Source: a bacterium
GTDB lineage: Bacteria; UBP6; UBA1177; JAKLFG01
Assembly: GCA_022711315.1 (NCBI GenBank)
Contig: JAKLFG010000003.1
Span: 23,890-87,889, forward strand
Length of the DNA: 64,000 bases
Direction: 5' to 3'
The notes under the pieces: model-generated
The model's input: only the letters and a program-made list of their open reading frames with translations
The model's database searches: none
Told to the model about the DNA's origin: nothing
Made by a program: the position numbers and the translations under genes
Shown: positions 18,417 to 27,774 of the stretch, in pieces
How positions within the stretch are numbered: the first letter of the stretch is position 1
Layout: each line of letters opens with the position of its first letter

Positions 18417-20765
18417 ATGAAGATCGTTCGCCTGTTCATCGTTCCCGTTTTTATCGTTTCTCTTCTTTTTGCCTGTAGCGAGAAGAAAAGCGACACCTTC
18501 ACGCCGAGAACGGCGAAAAAGACCGTCACGGCGGCCACGGGCGGCACCGTTTCGACGGCCGATGGCTCCGCATCGGTCGAGATACCGGCGGGCGCTCTTG
18601 CGCAGGACACCGAGATAACGATAACCGAGAAGAAGAAGGATGACTATCCCGAGGAGGAGAAACTGGCCAGTTCGGTCTGGCATTTCGGCCCCGACGGGCT
18701 GGTATTCGAAAAACCTATCACGATGAAGATCGATCTCGACCGCAACAAGGTGGAAGACGAGGTCGGCGTCATCGCGGTCCACCGCGAAGGGGCGTGGCAT
18801 TCTAAAGGCTATTCGGGGGGCGAGTACGCGGCGGGCGACCCCATCATGGCCGGTGACCCCATCATGGCCGGCGACCCCATCATGGCCGGCGACCCCATCA
18901 TGGCCGGCGACCCCATTATGTCGCAGGTGGGGCACTTCTCCGATTTCGCGATCTATGTGAGGGACAAGAACGATATCGGCCTGACCTGTGAGGAGATATA
19001 CGATTGCGCAGTACCGTGCGGTAACGACTTCGAGTGCATGAATGCCTGCAAGGCAGAGGGAAGCGTCAACGCGCAACCATTGTTCCAGGCACTGGTCGAT
19101 TGCTGGATGGAGAATTGCGACGCCGCCTGCGGCGACGGCGATCCGATCGCGTGCGACGCCTGCGCCTCCGAGAACTGCGCCTCTGAACTCGCCGCGTGCG
19201 GTGTCACACTCGGCGCCGACAGCGACACGACCGGTCGTGACGATATCGCGACCGACGATATCGCGACCGACGACATCCTGCCCGACGCCGATACGGTCAA
19301 GAACCCCGACGACCTGCTGGGCGAATGGGAGTTCACGACCGATAACGCCCATGTATCGGTTATGAAGGGCGAGACCGACGATTATATGCTCGACATCAGT
19401 TTCAACAGCACCGAGGAGTTCTACTACTCGCACGCCGGCACTTTCGACGGCTACACCTACACCGGCGATTATACCTACTGGGACGGCTCGACCGAGAAAA
19501 CGGCGGCGATGACGGTCGTCTTCACCCTGACCGGACCCAACACCGTGAATGTCGAGATAACGGCCGAGGCGCCGATGGGTAACCGGACGCTCACCGGCGG
19601 GGTACGCGCGGTCTACGATGAGGACAGCATCCTGCCCGATAGCGATACGGTCGGCCCGGTCTGCGGCAACACGGTGGTGGAGAGCGGCGAGACCTGCGAC
19701 AGCACCACGACCGCCTGCGCCGATTCGCTCTCGGGATCGACCGGCACCATCTACTGCTGCGCCGAGACCTGCAGTTGGAACATGGACCGCTGTGTGACCG
19801 ACAGTGTTTGCTATGGCGGCTCCTTCTACCAGTATGTTTCGACCTTCGACCTGTGCGTCAGGATCGGCACCGGCGTACCGCCGACCGAACAGATGGGGTG
19901 CTACGATGCGACGGGACCCATCTCCTGTCCGTTGGCAGCCGAAGCCTTCGCGGGGCAGGATGCGCAGTATTTCGGCGGCAAGACCAAAATGCTCGCGTCC
20001 TATTCAGAATCGGTCTACGATCAGCAGACCGGTCTTTCGTGGCAGAGAACCTTCGCGAGCGACTACTCGCTGGACGGCTATTGCGCCTCCGTGGACGGCT
20101 GCACCTGGGCCGAGGCGCAGTCCTTCTGCGCAGCACAGAACTGGGAGGGAGTGAGCGACTGGCGTCTGCCGACCGACCGCGAGATCGACACCATACTGCA
20201 CTTCGGCATGGAACCGATGTTCGATCCCGATTTTTTCCAGAACATCCCGGCGAACTACGGCCTCTGGACCACGATCGAGGTCCCCGATATGACCGGATAC
20301 GCCTATCAGGTCTATACCCATTCGGGCGCTTTCGAACCCTATGACCAGACGGCGGTCGCCAAAGTGCTCTGCGTAAGCGGCACCTACTATCAGCCGCTGA
20401 TGCAGGCGCTTTCCCTACTGCACGATAACGACCCGGTATGGTATGACGAGACGACCGGCCTGATGTGGGCTCCGGTGTCCAACACCATGGCGACATGGGA
20501 AAATGCGCTCGCCGAGTGCCTTATCTCGACCTATGCCGGCTACGACGACTGGCGTCTGCCAACCGCCAACGAACTGCGGACCATCTACGATCTGTCGGTG
20601 GGCGAATTCAGCGGGACCGAATTTCCCGGAGACTGGCAGGTGGAGCAGTGGACCTCCACGACCGCCGGGTATTCCCCCGAGGCGGCCTATGTAGTGAACG
20701 GGATGGTCGGTGCGCGCTATCCGATGTACAAACTAAATCCCGGCGGCGTCCGCTGCGTGCGGTAA
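18417..20765 (+). CDS. Secreted lipoprotein with (AGDPIM)5 tandem repeat, Cys-rich region and two DUF1566 (Lcl C-terminal-like) domains
   Basis: Signal ...SLLFAC. The two DUF1566 domains are TGLSWQ...WAEAQSFC...DWRLPTDREIDTIL and TGLMWAP...WENALAEC...DWRLPTANELRTIYD. Confidence 0.7.
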   Translation: MKIVRLFIVPVFIVSLLFACSEKKSDTFTPRTAKKTVTAATGGTVSTADGSASVEIPAGALAQDTEITITEKKKDDYPEEEKLASSVWHFGPDGLVFEKPITMKIDLDRNKVEDEVGVIAVHREGAWHSKGYSGGEYAAGDPIMAGDPIMAGDPIMAGDPIMAGDPIMSQVGHFSDFAIYVRDKNDIGLTCEEIYDCAVPCGNDFECMNACKAEGSVNAQPLFQALVDCWMENCDAACGDGDPIACDACASENCASELAACGVTLGADSDTTGRDDIATDDIATDDILPDADTVKNPDDLLGEWEFTTDNAHVSVMKGETDDYMLDISFNSTEEFYYSHAGTFDGYTYTGDYTYWDGSTEKTAAMTVVFTLTGPNTVNVEITAEAPMGNRTLTGGVRAVYDEDSILPDSDTVGPVCGNTVVESGETCDSTTTACADSLSGSTGTIYCCAETCSWNMDRCVTDSVCYGGSFYQYVSTFDLCVRIGTGVPPTEQMGCYDATGPISCPLAAEAFAGQDAQYFGGKTKMLASYSESVYDQQTGLSWQRTFASDYSLDGYCASVDGCTWAEAQSFCAAQNWEGVSDWRLPTDREIDTILHFGMEPMFDPDFFQNIPANYGLWTTIEVPDMTGYAYQVYTHSGAFEPYDQTAVAKVLCVSGTYYQPLMQALSLLHDNDPVWYDETTGLMWAPVSNTMATWENALAECLISTYAGYDDWRLPTANELRTIYDLSVGEFSGTEFPGDWQVEQWTSTTAGYSPEAAYVVNGMVGARYPMYKLNPGGVRCVR
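18831..18920 (+). repeat. Perfect in-frame tandem repeat, 5 x 18 bp (gc[cg]gg[ct]gaccccat[ct]atg) encoding AGDPIM
   Basis: Read directly from the sequence, five consecutive units. Confidence 0.9.
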
Positions 20766-20828
20766 GAGATAAAAGTCGTTGCTTTTTATCTCTTTCGCGT
20801 TACTATCCTTCGTTCCTTTTAGCGGAGT

Positions 20829-22304
20829 ATGCCCATGAAGATGTCCCGTGGACGCCTCGCCTTCTTTTTATCCGGACTTTCTCTTTTTGCCTTTACCGCC
20901 TGTACGCCGCCCGAGGAAGAGACCTACTGCGAAACCTCGTATGATTGCCCCGACGGGTGGGAATGCGGCCCCGAGTATGTGTGTATCGAGCCCGGCACCG
21001 ACAATAACACCGGAGGGAACGACAACGCACTTCCCGACACGATCGGACCAGACACCGCCGTGGAGGAAGACCTGCCGACCGATGACGGCGAGGCCCCGGT
21101 GACCGATACGGAAGAAGACACTTTTATCGACACGGATGAGCCGCTCATAGATGCGGATGAGCCGACGACCGGCGACATAGAACCTTCCGACACGAACGAT
21201 ATAACGCCCGATAGCGATAACAGCGTCAACGAATGCGATCAGAACAACGGAGGGTGCGCGCAGAATTGCGCCGACACCGCGGACGGGTATACCTGTTCGT
21301 GCGACGACGGCTATACACTGAACGCCGACAAGCATGCCTGCGACGACAACGACGAATGCACGGAGAACACCAATCCCTGCGACAACAATGGCGACACGCC
21401 GGCGACCTGCGCCAATACACCGGGCAGTTACACCTGCACCTGCACCGCGCTCCGGTTCGAGTTCACGAACGGATCCTGCTTCGACATCGACGAATGTACC
21501 GCCGGCACCGACAACTGCGCGGAGACGGGAAGTTCCTGCACCAACAGCGTCGGCCTCTTTTCCTGCGCCTGCGACGACTACTACGATGGCGACGGAACGA
21601 CCTGCGCTCTCTGCGACACCGATGGCAAGTGCGGTGCGGATTGTCTCTCCTGCGAAGGGGCAACGCCTCACTGCAAGGACAACGGGAACGGCACGACCCA
21701 ATGCGTCCAATGTACGGACAACGCCCACTGCAACACCGGCGCGGGAGAGGTCTGCAATGCTCAGAACATCTGCACCGCGTGCCCCCTACCGCTGACGATC
21801 GCCACCTGGGCCAGCGACGATGAGGGATGGACGAGGACCGGCAACTGGGTACGGGAAACAACGAGTGACGGGTGGATGCGTTACGACGATGACTCGCATA
21901 AGACCAACTACGATCACTCCCTCACCTATGCTACCGACATCAATATTGCGGGTTGCTCCGCCGCCACTTTGAGTTTCTCGATCACTTTCATGGATTATGT
22001 GTACACCACCGACGCCGACAAATCGGAGAAAATGTATGTGGAATGTTCGGGTGACGGGGGTGGCAGTTGGAACACCCTTGTCCCCACCCCCTATCCCGCC
22101 AATCAGTCTTCTTCTCGTTGTTCGAACTGCTATTGCGACGGAGACAGTTCGAGTTTCAGCGAAAAATCTTTCGGATGGACCGCGCAGAACATAACTCTTC
22201 CCGTCGCCTGCAAGACATCCGCCGTCCGTATCCGTTTCAGGGCAAAAGGCACCGACTCCTGGGCCATCAATTACTGGGGCATCGACACGGTGATATTGAA
22301 CTAA
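20829..22304 (+). CDS. Secreted lipoprotein with calcium-binding EGF-like domains and a C-terminal MAM-like beta-sandwich
   Basis: Lipobox ...FAFTAC, N-terminal CETSYDCPDGWEC module, and an acidic linker. cbEGF signatures are DIDECTAGTDNCAETGSSCTNSVGLFSCAC and NECDQNNGGCAQNC..GYTCSC. Confidence 0.7.
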   Translation: MPMKMSRGRLAFFLSGLSLFAFTACTPPEEETYCETSYDCPDGWECGPEYVCIEPGTDNNTGGNDNALPDTIGPDTAVEEDLPTDDGEAPVTDTEEDTFIDTDEPLIDADEPTTGDIEPSDTNDITPDSDNSVNECDQNNGGCAQNCADTADGYTCSCDDGYTLNADKHACDDNDECTENTNPCDNNGDTPATCANTPGSYTCTCTALRFEFTNGSCFDIDECTAGTDNCAETGSSCTNSVGLFSCACDDYYDGDGTTCALCDTDGKCGADCLSCEGATPHCKDNGNGTTQCVQCTDNAHCNTGAGEVCNAQNICTACPLPLTIATWASDDEGWTRTGNWVRETTSDGWMRYDDDSHKTNYDHSLTYATDINIAGCSAATLSFSITFMDYVYTTDADKSEKMYVECSGDGGGSWNTLVPTPYPANQSSSRCSNCYCDGDSSSFSEKSFGWTAQNITLPVACKTSAVRIRFRAKGTDSWAINYWGIDTVILN

Positions 22305-22324
22305 CGATACGGGGAGTCGGTATC

Positions 22325-24121
22325 ATGTCATATCGTTTTTTCGTGAGACTTTTTTTCTTGTCGCTTATTTTTCTCCTGACCGTTTCCTGTTCATCAAAAA
22401 GCGGGCCGGTCAGTTGCGTCACCTCGTTCGATTGTCCCGGCGATCAGGTCTGTGGTGAAGAGGGCTGGTGCGTTGATCCCTCCGAGACAGATACCGACAC
22501 GGTCGACCGTGACACGATCGATCACGACCTGGTCGATACCCCCGTGACCGATACCGACGCCCCTGACGGCGACCATACCGATCAAGTAGGCGATACCGAC
22601 CAGGCCGACCCCCTCTCCACCGACGAGGACACCATCCTCCCCGACGAAGACACATCGGAACCCGATGATGACGCTCTCCTCATCGATGATGACCTCCTCC
22701 CCTCCCCCTGCGGCAACGGCCTGCCCGACGAAGGCGAGGAATGCGATGACGGGAACAAGAATAATGAGGACAACTGCCGGAATGACTGCTCCTACAATGT
22801 CTGCGGTGACGGCACCCCTCTGAAGACGGACGGAGCGACGCTCCTGCTCCCGCTCAACGAAGGAAGCGGTACAACGGTCACCGACCTTTCGGGTAAGGGC
22901 AACCACGGAACGATCAACGGAGCGGCGTGGGGCGAGGGCCGCTTCGGCACCGGCCTTGGTTTTGCCGGTATCAATTCAGTATTCGTGCCCGAAGCGCTCT
23001 CGCTGAAATTGGGTACCGCCATGACCGTCTCGGCGTGGGTGAAGATCGCGACGATGCCCGCCAACTATGTCGCCATCATCCAGAAGGACGGTGATTCGTT
23101 GCGTAATTACGGCCTTTTCATCACCGGGTCCGATCAACCCGCTTCACAGGGGACGGTCCTCTTCTCCCTGACCAGCGGCACGCCCGGCGACTGGCGAAGC
23201 GCCGTTTCGGCGACCAGCATCGTCGACGGTGCTTGGCATCATGTCATGGGGACCTACGACGGCCAGCATATGCGGATATATATCGATGGTTTCGAACAGG
23301 GGGCCGTCGCTGTGGATGTCGTTCCCGCCGATACCGACGGCGGGGTCTTCATAGGGAACGGTGTGAACGGCGCCATTGACGATATCAGGGTCTATGACCG
23401 AGTACTCGACACCGTCGAAATGGCTGAGATGTCGAACAAACGCATACACATACATCTTGACGAATTATCGGGCGCCGCGGTACTCGACAGTTCAGGCAAC
23501 GGGCTTGACGGCACCATCATGGGAGTCGATCGCGTCGCGGGAAGGTACCGCAACGGACTCTCCTTCAACGGGGTATCGGGGCAAATGACGGTCCCCCACA
23601 GCGATCTCCTGAGCATCGGCGCATCGATGACGCTCTCGCTCTGGGTAAGGACCGCCGTCATCCCGACGAAATGGGTGCGCATCCTCGGCAAGAGCGACTC
23701 CTCCTGCGCCAACCGCAACTACGGCATCTGGATAGAACCGAGTACCGGCAACATCCTTTTCCAGATCGAAGCGACGAACTGGCTCCACCTCCTTTCCGAC
23801 ATCGCGGTGACCGACGAGGGGTGGCATCAGGTCGTCGCGACCTATGACGGCATCGCCGCCCGGATATTCATCGATGGCCAACTACACGCCGAACAGGCCT
23901 ATGCCGAAGCGCCGATCCTGTCTGCCGGACCGTTGACCATCGGCGGCGGTTGCGGCGAACCACCCATGAACGGCGGTATCGACGAAGTGCGCATCTATAA
24001 TCGGGCGCTCTCGATCGATGAGATAGCGGTGCTCCCGCTCTACACGACGCAACTCTGCGACGACGAAAACACCGTCGACGGCGACGGGTGCTCGGCGACC
24101 TGCTCACCCGAACCGCTCTGA
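22325..24121 (+). CDS. Secreted lipoprotein: 2 x LamG-like (Laminin_G_3) domains plus Myxococcus-type cysteine-rich repeats
   Basis: Start at internal Met (MSYRFFVRLFFLSL...) with lipobox ...TVSC. Contains CGNGLPDEGEECDDGN...CGDG and C-terminal LCDDENTVDGDGC. LamG signatures are WHHVMGTYDG..IDDIRVYDRVL and WHQVVATYDG..IDEVRIYNRAL. Confidence 0.7.
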   Translation: MSYRFFVRLFFLSLIFLLTVSCSSKSGPVSCVTSFDCPGDQVCGEEGWCVDPSETDTDTVDRDTIDHDLVDTPVTDTDAPDGDHTDQVGDTDQADPLSTDEDTILPDEDTSEPDDDALLIDDDLLPSPCGNGLPDEGEECDDGNKNNEDNCRNDCSYNVCGDGTPLKTDGATLLLPLNEGSGTTVTDLSGKGNHGTINGAAWGEGRFGTGLGFAGINSVFVPEALSLKLGTAMTVSAWVKIATMPANYVAIIQKDGDSLRNYGLFITGSDQPASQGTVLFSLTSGTPGDWRSAVSATSIVDGAWHHVMGTYDGQHMRIYIDGFEQGAVAVDVVPADTDGGVFIGNGVNGAIDDIRVYDRVLDTVEMAEMSNKRIHIHLDELSGAAVLDSSGNGLDGTIMGVDRVAGRYRNGLSFNGVSGQMTVPHSDLLSIGASMTLSLWVRTAVIPTKWVRILGKSDSSCANRNYGIWIEPSTGNILFQIEATNWLHLLSDIAVTDEGWHQVVATYDGIAARIFIDGQLHAEQAYAEAPILSAGPLTIGGGCGEPPMNGGIDEVRIYNRALSIDEIAVLPLYTTQLCDDENTVDGDGCSATCSPEPL

Positions 24122-24212
24122 CAAATACCTCCACAGAGCGCTTGCTTTTTGCCCCCCGGTACTCTAAAATGCTCCCTGTTGGTGATTTACTTTCTCTGGA
24201 AGAGGACGATTC

Positions 24213-25202
24213 ATGAGAATACTTTTTTACCTCGTTTTCTCTATTTCACTATCGATCATTCTTCCCCTTGCCTGCGCCACGCCCGAGGATGACCCCTACT
24301 ACTGCGAGACGACGCTCGACTGCGCCGACGGCTGGGAATGCATCGATCATTCCTGCGTCATTTCGGTCAACACGGACGATACCGACGGCGGAACGGACGA
24401 CAAAACACTCCCGGAAGTTGAGACACCGCTCCCCGACGCCGATCTTTCCCCGGTCGAAGACGATGCTATTACTGACGGTCTGACGCCGGACGATGCGGTC
24501 GACGAGAACACGGTCGACGAAATCGATGTTGACGAAGACGCGATCCCCGTCGATGAGAACACCGATGATGAGACGGCTGACCTCACCGATACCACAGACG
24601 GTGCGTTCGACCTCGACACGACCGACGATGCCGTGACCGACGAGGCGGTCGATATCGACACGGTCGATGAAGCGATCGATATCGACACCGTTGACGAACA
24701 GCCCGACGAGGATGCCACGGTCACCTGCGAGAGCGTGACGATGGGTTTTGACGGCACCTGGACCGACCCGCGAGGCAACAATTGGACGCTGAATTGCACA
24801 GGCACCGGCTGCATCAACTGGATATATTCCCACGCCATTTACGACAACCGCGCCGCGCACGAGCCACCGACCAACGCCGAGACGAGCACCGCCTATCTGG
24901 TCAGCCCGGAATATCACCGGAAAAACGGTTGTCCCCTCACGGTCACCTACGACTACCGGTTCCAAGAGAACTCGACGACCGCCGATTCCCTGAAACTGGA
25001 GGTCTGTCAGGGCTCCTGTTCCTCATGGACGACCGTGAAGACCTGGAACTCCTTCACCTCATCTATCTACGGTGAATCGACCGACCTTTCGGCTCAGGTC
25101 ACCCCCGGATCGACCTTCAAGGTCCGCTGGGCGCACTACTCGCCGAAGGTGACGACGCACTACACGGCCTGGGTCGATAATTTCAAGATAGACGGCATCT
25201 AA
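24213..25202 (+). CDS. Secreted lipoprotein: CETTLDCADGWEC module, acidic linker, MAM-like C-terminal domain
   Basis: Lipobox ...PLAC. The N-module is shared with the 20829 gene. The C-terminal beta-sandwich resembles the C-terminus of the 20829 gene product. Confidence 0.6.
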   Translation: MRILFYLVFSISLSIILPLACATPEDDPYYCETTLDCADGWECIDHSCVISVNTDDTDGGTDDKTLPEVETPLPDADLSPVEDDAITDGLTPDDAVDENTVDEIDVDEDAIPVDENTDDETADLTDTTDGAFDLDTTDDAVTDEAVDIDTVDEAIDIDTVDEQPDEDATVTCESVTMGFDGTWTDPRGNNWTLNCTGTGCINWIYSHAIYDNRAAHEPPTNAETSTAYLVSPEYHRKNGCPLTVTYDYRFQENSTTADSLKLEVCQGSCSSWTTVKTWNSFTSSIYGESTDLSAQVTPGSTFKVRWAHYSPKVTTHYTAWVDNFKIDGI

Positions 25203-25658
25203 GAGATAAGCGCCGCGACCTTCTCCAGCCCCTTCGCATCATCGGCATCGAACGAATTCAACTCATCAGAATCGACATCGAGCACCGCCCAGATGCGACC
25301 GGCACGGTCGCGCAGCGGCACGACCACCTCCGACCGGGAGCGGCCGTCACAGGCGATGTGACCGGGGAATTTCTCGACATCGGGGACAAGCACCGTTTCG
25401 CCACGGTCGACGGCGGCCCAGCAGACGCCGGTATGTTTTTTGAGCACCTGACAGGCAAGCGCCCCCTGATAGGGCCCGACAGTCAGTTCACCGTCAACGA
25501 GCCGGTAGAAACCGACCCAGAAGAAATACTTGAACTTCCCTTTGAGTAGTGCGGAAGCCGTCGCCATCCGTGCTACCGGGTCGGGCGTCTTGAGATAGAG
25601 TTCTTCGAGTTGGGCCACGATGCGATCGTACTTCGCGGTCTTGTTCTCGCGGGTCATG
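25199..25658 (-). CDS. GAF-domain protein (free methionine-R-sulfoxide reductase-like)
   Basis: About 153 aa from the internal Met MTRENK. Has a GAF-like core ...FFWVGFYRL...GVCWAAV.. Confidence 0.65.
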
Positions 25659-25740
25659 GTGCGCTCCCTTGTCGTCGATGAACAAGGAACTATAAATACA
25701 TCGGGAGAAGTTGTCGAGTTTTGCGGGTAAAAAGACTCGG

Positions 25741-27774
25741 TTACTTCTTCAGTTTCCAGTCGAGTGCGCCGACGGGGCATTCCTCGATGCATTTGCCGCA
25801 GTCGCGACAGAGTTGCGACGGGAGCGGCTGGGAGAACGCCGTGTCGACATGGGTGCCGAAACCGCGGAACTTGAAGCCGAGGATGTTCTGGTTGACCACC
25901 TCGTTGCAGACCTTGACGCAGACGCCGCATTTGATGCACTTGCCGCGGTCGAGGATGATCTCGGGGTGCCGCACATCATAGCCGAAGTTCGGCTTCTCGC
26001 CGACCATCGCGTCGGGCTTGGCGGTGTAGGTCTCGCTGTGCTTCTTGAGCGAGCAGTCGCCCTTGGCGGTGCAGGAACATTCGATGCACCGTTCGCCTTC
26101 CTTGGTGATCTCGGCCTGCGTGTAGGTGAGCGACACCTCTTTGAAGGTCGCGGTCCGGTCGTGTTCCGGGATGAGCCGCTGCGGGGTCCGTTTGCGTTCG
26201 ATCGGCTCCTTGAGATAGACCAGATCGGCCGGTTTCAGGCTCTGCCACTTGCCGCGCGAGACATTGAGCAGATAGGGCTCCTTGAATTCCTTGCTCTCTA
26301 TCTGCGCGAGGATGGCCAGCGCCGTCCGGCGCGCCCCGGCGACCGCCTCGACGACGGTGGCGGGACCGCTGACGCAGTCGCCCGCCGCGTAGATACTGCC
26401 TTCCATGCGGCAGTTCTCTTTGCTCACCTCGACATCGCCCCACTTGGTGGCCTTGACACCCTTCGGCGCTATCGTTTTCTGGCCGATGGCACCGATGACG
26501 GTGTCGGCGACGGTGTCGAAGTCGCTGTTGGGTACCGGGACCGGCTTGCGACGGCCCGATGCGTCAGGTTCACCGAGCGTCATCCGCTGGCTGGTGAGGA
26601 CGAGCCGCCCGTTCTCCTTGCGCAGTTTCACCGGCGCGACGAGGAATTCGAACTTGACCCCCTCCTCCTTCGCCTCGTGTATCTCTATCTTCTCGGCCGG
26701 CATCTCGGCCTCGGTCCGGCGGTAGAAGCAGGTCACCTCCTTGGAACCGAGCCGCACAGAGGTGCGCAGACAGTCCATCGCGGTGTTGCCGCCACCGATG
26801 ACTATCGTTTTGCCCGGGTTCGCCCCTTTCCAGCCGGCGAGCGCTATCTTTTCAAGGTACTGGATCCCGCCGACAGCGAGTTCTTCCCCTTCGACACCCG
26901 CCGCGCTCGACTTCCACGAACCGACCGTCACCGCGACGGCGTCGTATTTCTTCTGCAGGTCCTCCAGCGCGATGTCCTTGCCCAGTTCCTTGTTGCAGTG
27001 GATGGCGATGCCGCCCATCTTGGCGAAGTGGGCGATCTCGCGGTCGAGTATCGCCTTGGGGAGGCGGTATTCGGGGATGCCGTAGCGCAACATGCCGCCC
27101 GGCTGGGGCTGTTTGTCGTAGAGGTCGGAGGCGACGCCGTTCAGTCGCAGGTAGTAGGCGACCGAAAGACCGGCGGGACCGGCGCCCACGATGGCGACCT
27201 TTTTGCCGGTGAGCGGCTTCATCTCCTCCATATAAGAATCATAATGCATATCGGCGGCGAGCCGTTTGAAGTCGTTGATGGCGACCGGTTCCTTGTCGAC
27301 GACATTGCGGCGGCACTCCTTTTCGCAGAACCGCGGGCAGACGCGGCCGATCGACATCGGTAGCGGGATCCGCTCCTTGATGAGCTTCAATGCTTCAAGC
27401 AGGTTCCCCTTCTTCCCTTCGCGGACATATTCCTCGACCTGCGCATGGGCCGGGCAGGCGATGGTGCAGGGCGCTTCGCAGTCGCCGCTGTGCTCCGAGA
27501 GCATCAGGTTGAGCGCCGTCTTGCGCATATCCCACACTTCCGGGGTATCTGACTCGAGTTGCATCCCGTCGGCGACCTCCATCGCGCAGGAGGGGACGAA
27601 TCGCCCCGTCTTCGCGTCCTTTACGAGACAGACGAAGCAGGAGGTGGTCTTGGTTATCTTCTGGTTGAAGCAGAGCGTCGGGATCGAGATGCCGTTGCGT
27701 TCGGCGACCTGCAGGATCGTTTCACCCTTCTCGGCCGCGAATGGTTTTTTGTCTATCGTGATGGTTATGCTCAT
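25741..27774 (-). CDS. Fusion of an N-terminal 2Fe-2S/4Fe-4S (NuoG/HydA-N-like) domain with a GltD/NfnB-like FAD/NAD(P) oxidoreductase (StnC-like)
   Basis: N-terminus ...ILQVAERNGISIPTLCF (2Fe-2S ferredoxin). Dinucleotide site KKVAIVGAGPAGLSVAYYL. C-terminal CIKCGVCVKVC and CRDCGKCIEECP 4Fe-4S motifs. Confidence 0.75.
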   Translation of the reverse strand: MSITITIDKKPFAAEKGETILQVAERNGISIPTLCFNQKITKTTSCFVCLVKDAKTGRFVPSCAMEVADGMQLESDTPEVWDMRKTALNLMLSEHSGDCEAPCTIACPAHAQVEEYVREGKKGNLLEALKLIKERIPLPMSIGRVCPRFCEKECRRNVVDKEPVAINDFKRLAADMHYDSYMEEMKPLTGKKVAIVGAGPAGLSVAYYLRLNGVASDLYDKQPQPGGMLRYGIPEYRLPKAILDREIAHFAKMGGIAIHCNKELGKDIALEDLQKKYDAVAVTVGSWKSSAAGVEGEELAVGGIQYLEKIALAGWKGANPGKTIVIGGGNTAMDCLRTSVRLGSKEVTCFYRRTEAEMPAEKIEIHEAKEEGVKFEFLVAPVKLRKENGRLVLTSQRMTLGEPDASGRRKPVPVPNSDFDTVADTVIGAIGQKTIAPKGVKATKWGDVEVSKENCRMEGSIYAAGDCVSGPATVVEAVAGARRTALAILAQIESKEFKEPYLLNVSRGKWQSLKPADLVYLKEPIERKRTPQRLIPEHDRTATFKEVSLTYTQAEITKEGERCIECSCTAKGDCSLKKHSETYTAKPDAMVGEKPNFGYDVRHPEIILDRGKCIKCGVCVKVCNEVVNQNILGFKFRGFGTHVDTAFSQPLPSQLCRDCGKCIEECPVGALDWKLKK

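Noticed and set aside
22067-22324. 5' part of the 684-aa ORF overlapping the end of the cbEGF lipoprotein gene
   Set aside because: A proper lipoprotein signal (MSYRFFVRLFFLSLIFLLTVSC) begins at the internal ATG at 22325. The upstream in-frame stretch overlaps the preceding gene in another frame and is Arg/Leu-rich filler.
13793-25202. MYXO-CTERM / PEP-CTERM sorting signals on the secreted proteins
   Set aside because: None of the C-termini end in a Cys-rich hydrophobic helix plus basic tail. The proteins are instead N-terminally lipid-anchored.
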